From: Octopus sinensis
Taxonomy: Eukaryota
NCBI RefSeq assembly: GCF_006345805.1
Contig: NC_043014.1
Location: 24,986,001-25,050,000, forward strand
Reading direction: 5' to 3'
DNA length: 64,000 nucleotides
Under the pieces are notes generated by a model, which ran no database searches, was not told the origin of the DNA, and saw nothing but the letters and a program-made list of their open reading frames with translations. The translations under genes and the position numbers were made by a program. Below are positions 63,060 through 64,000 of this stretch, in pieces. The stretch's first letter is position 1. Each line of letters begins with the position of its first letter.

Positions 63060-64000
63060 CCCTCTCACCACCGTCTAACAGTAACCTGGATGTTACCCCA
63101 TTCGGATTTATGGTTGAGAGTGGGTTTGTATTCTTGTATACAGACAGCTTCAGTGACTTGTCTCAGCATTGGATCAGTGGATTAGATGTTTAACTTTAGT
63201 CTCCCTAAGGAGCCCTTGTGACAGTCTACAGCATGCTGATAGAAGATGGAGTCTGGTTTCTTTTCAATGTAGTTGTCTAGGTGTTCTTTGAACCTCTCAT
63301 TGATACTCCTAGAAGTCTCATCAATGTATGACTCTGGGTTAGCTGTGCAAGCTCCTTCTTGGCACTTAATCTGGTATACAGTGCTCTTGGTTTTGCAGTT
63401 CACATGTGGGTTTGTAGAACATACTGCACAATTATTTTGACACGTGATTCAATCAAATGGATATGATCTACATAATACAGATTTGATAGTCCTACCTGTC
63501 TTTTCTACAACTTTGATGTTAAGGCCAGTTGTGCGCAGGATTTTCTTGAATGCCTTACTTAATTCGTTCTTAGGTGTCGCGTCAACAAACATTACACTGT
63601 GAAATTTCTTGTTATCATACCAACTATTGTTTTTATTTCTTTTGTTCGTGTCCCTCTCTAACCTATTCCAGAACTTGTTGCGATATAGGAGGCAACTATA
63701 TCTTTTAGAATGCATTTGAATCTTGTTTTCACTCCTTTATACACTCTGATTCTATCATACTGTGTGTATCCAGAATGTTGCATTCAGAATATGTAGTGCT
63801 GGATGTGTGGTTGGCATAGTGGGGATACATCCTCATTACTCTAACTCTGCCATGAGGATGTTGATCTTTGTAGTACTCAACATCACTGAGTCACTACGGA
63901 TTACCAGTGGATTAGCCATAGGTTAACAAAAGTGTGAGTGGAGTAAACAGGGTTTAACATTTCTGTTAACCATAGTCTTTTCTATCCACAGCTCAGTATC
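63060..64000 (-). mobile_element. Penelope-like element, 3' part (GIY-YIG), a different family
   Basis: VMFVDATP, CKTKSTVYQIKC...YIDETSRSINERFKEH. Confidence 0.85.

Overview
This is an AT-rich, microsatellite-dense animal genomic window. Its repeat families resemble those of coleoid cephalopods (octopus); that is inferred from recognition, not from a database hit. Most of the window is decayed or nested mobile DNA: RTE LINE fragments with (GAT)n tails, CR1-like LINEs, Penelope-like elements (PLEs; RT plus GIY-YIG), tRNA-derived SINEs, Helitron pieces, two Tc1/mariner relics and a complete-ended hAT (Charlie/Buster-like) element nested in one of them. There is one convincing host coding region: a 625-aa ORF (35054-36931, +) behind a strong splice acceptor, with transcription-regulator-type motifs and no family I recognise. 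Most notable observations: (i) several type I hammerhead ribozyme motifs in PLE-type terminal repeats, with extended stem II and palindromic loop III, several of them inside fold-back hairpins; (ii) a ~2 kb, roughly 99% identical inverted duplication (26675-28701 / 31946-33992) just upstream of the host exon; (iii) a PHD-finger-like C4HC3 motif inside the RT region of the RTE family; (iv) an RTE insertion with twin-priming-like 5' inversion; (v) a SINE and a CR1-like LINE sharing a covarying 3' stem-loop. No rRNA, true tRNA gene or CRISPR array was seen. All structures were folded by eye and no searches were run.
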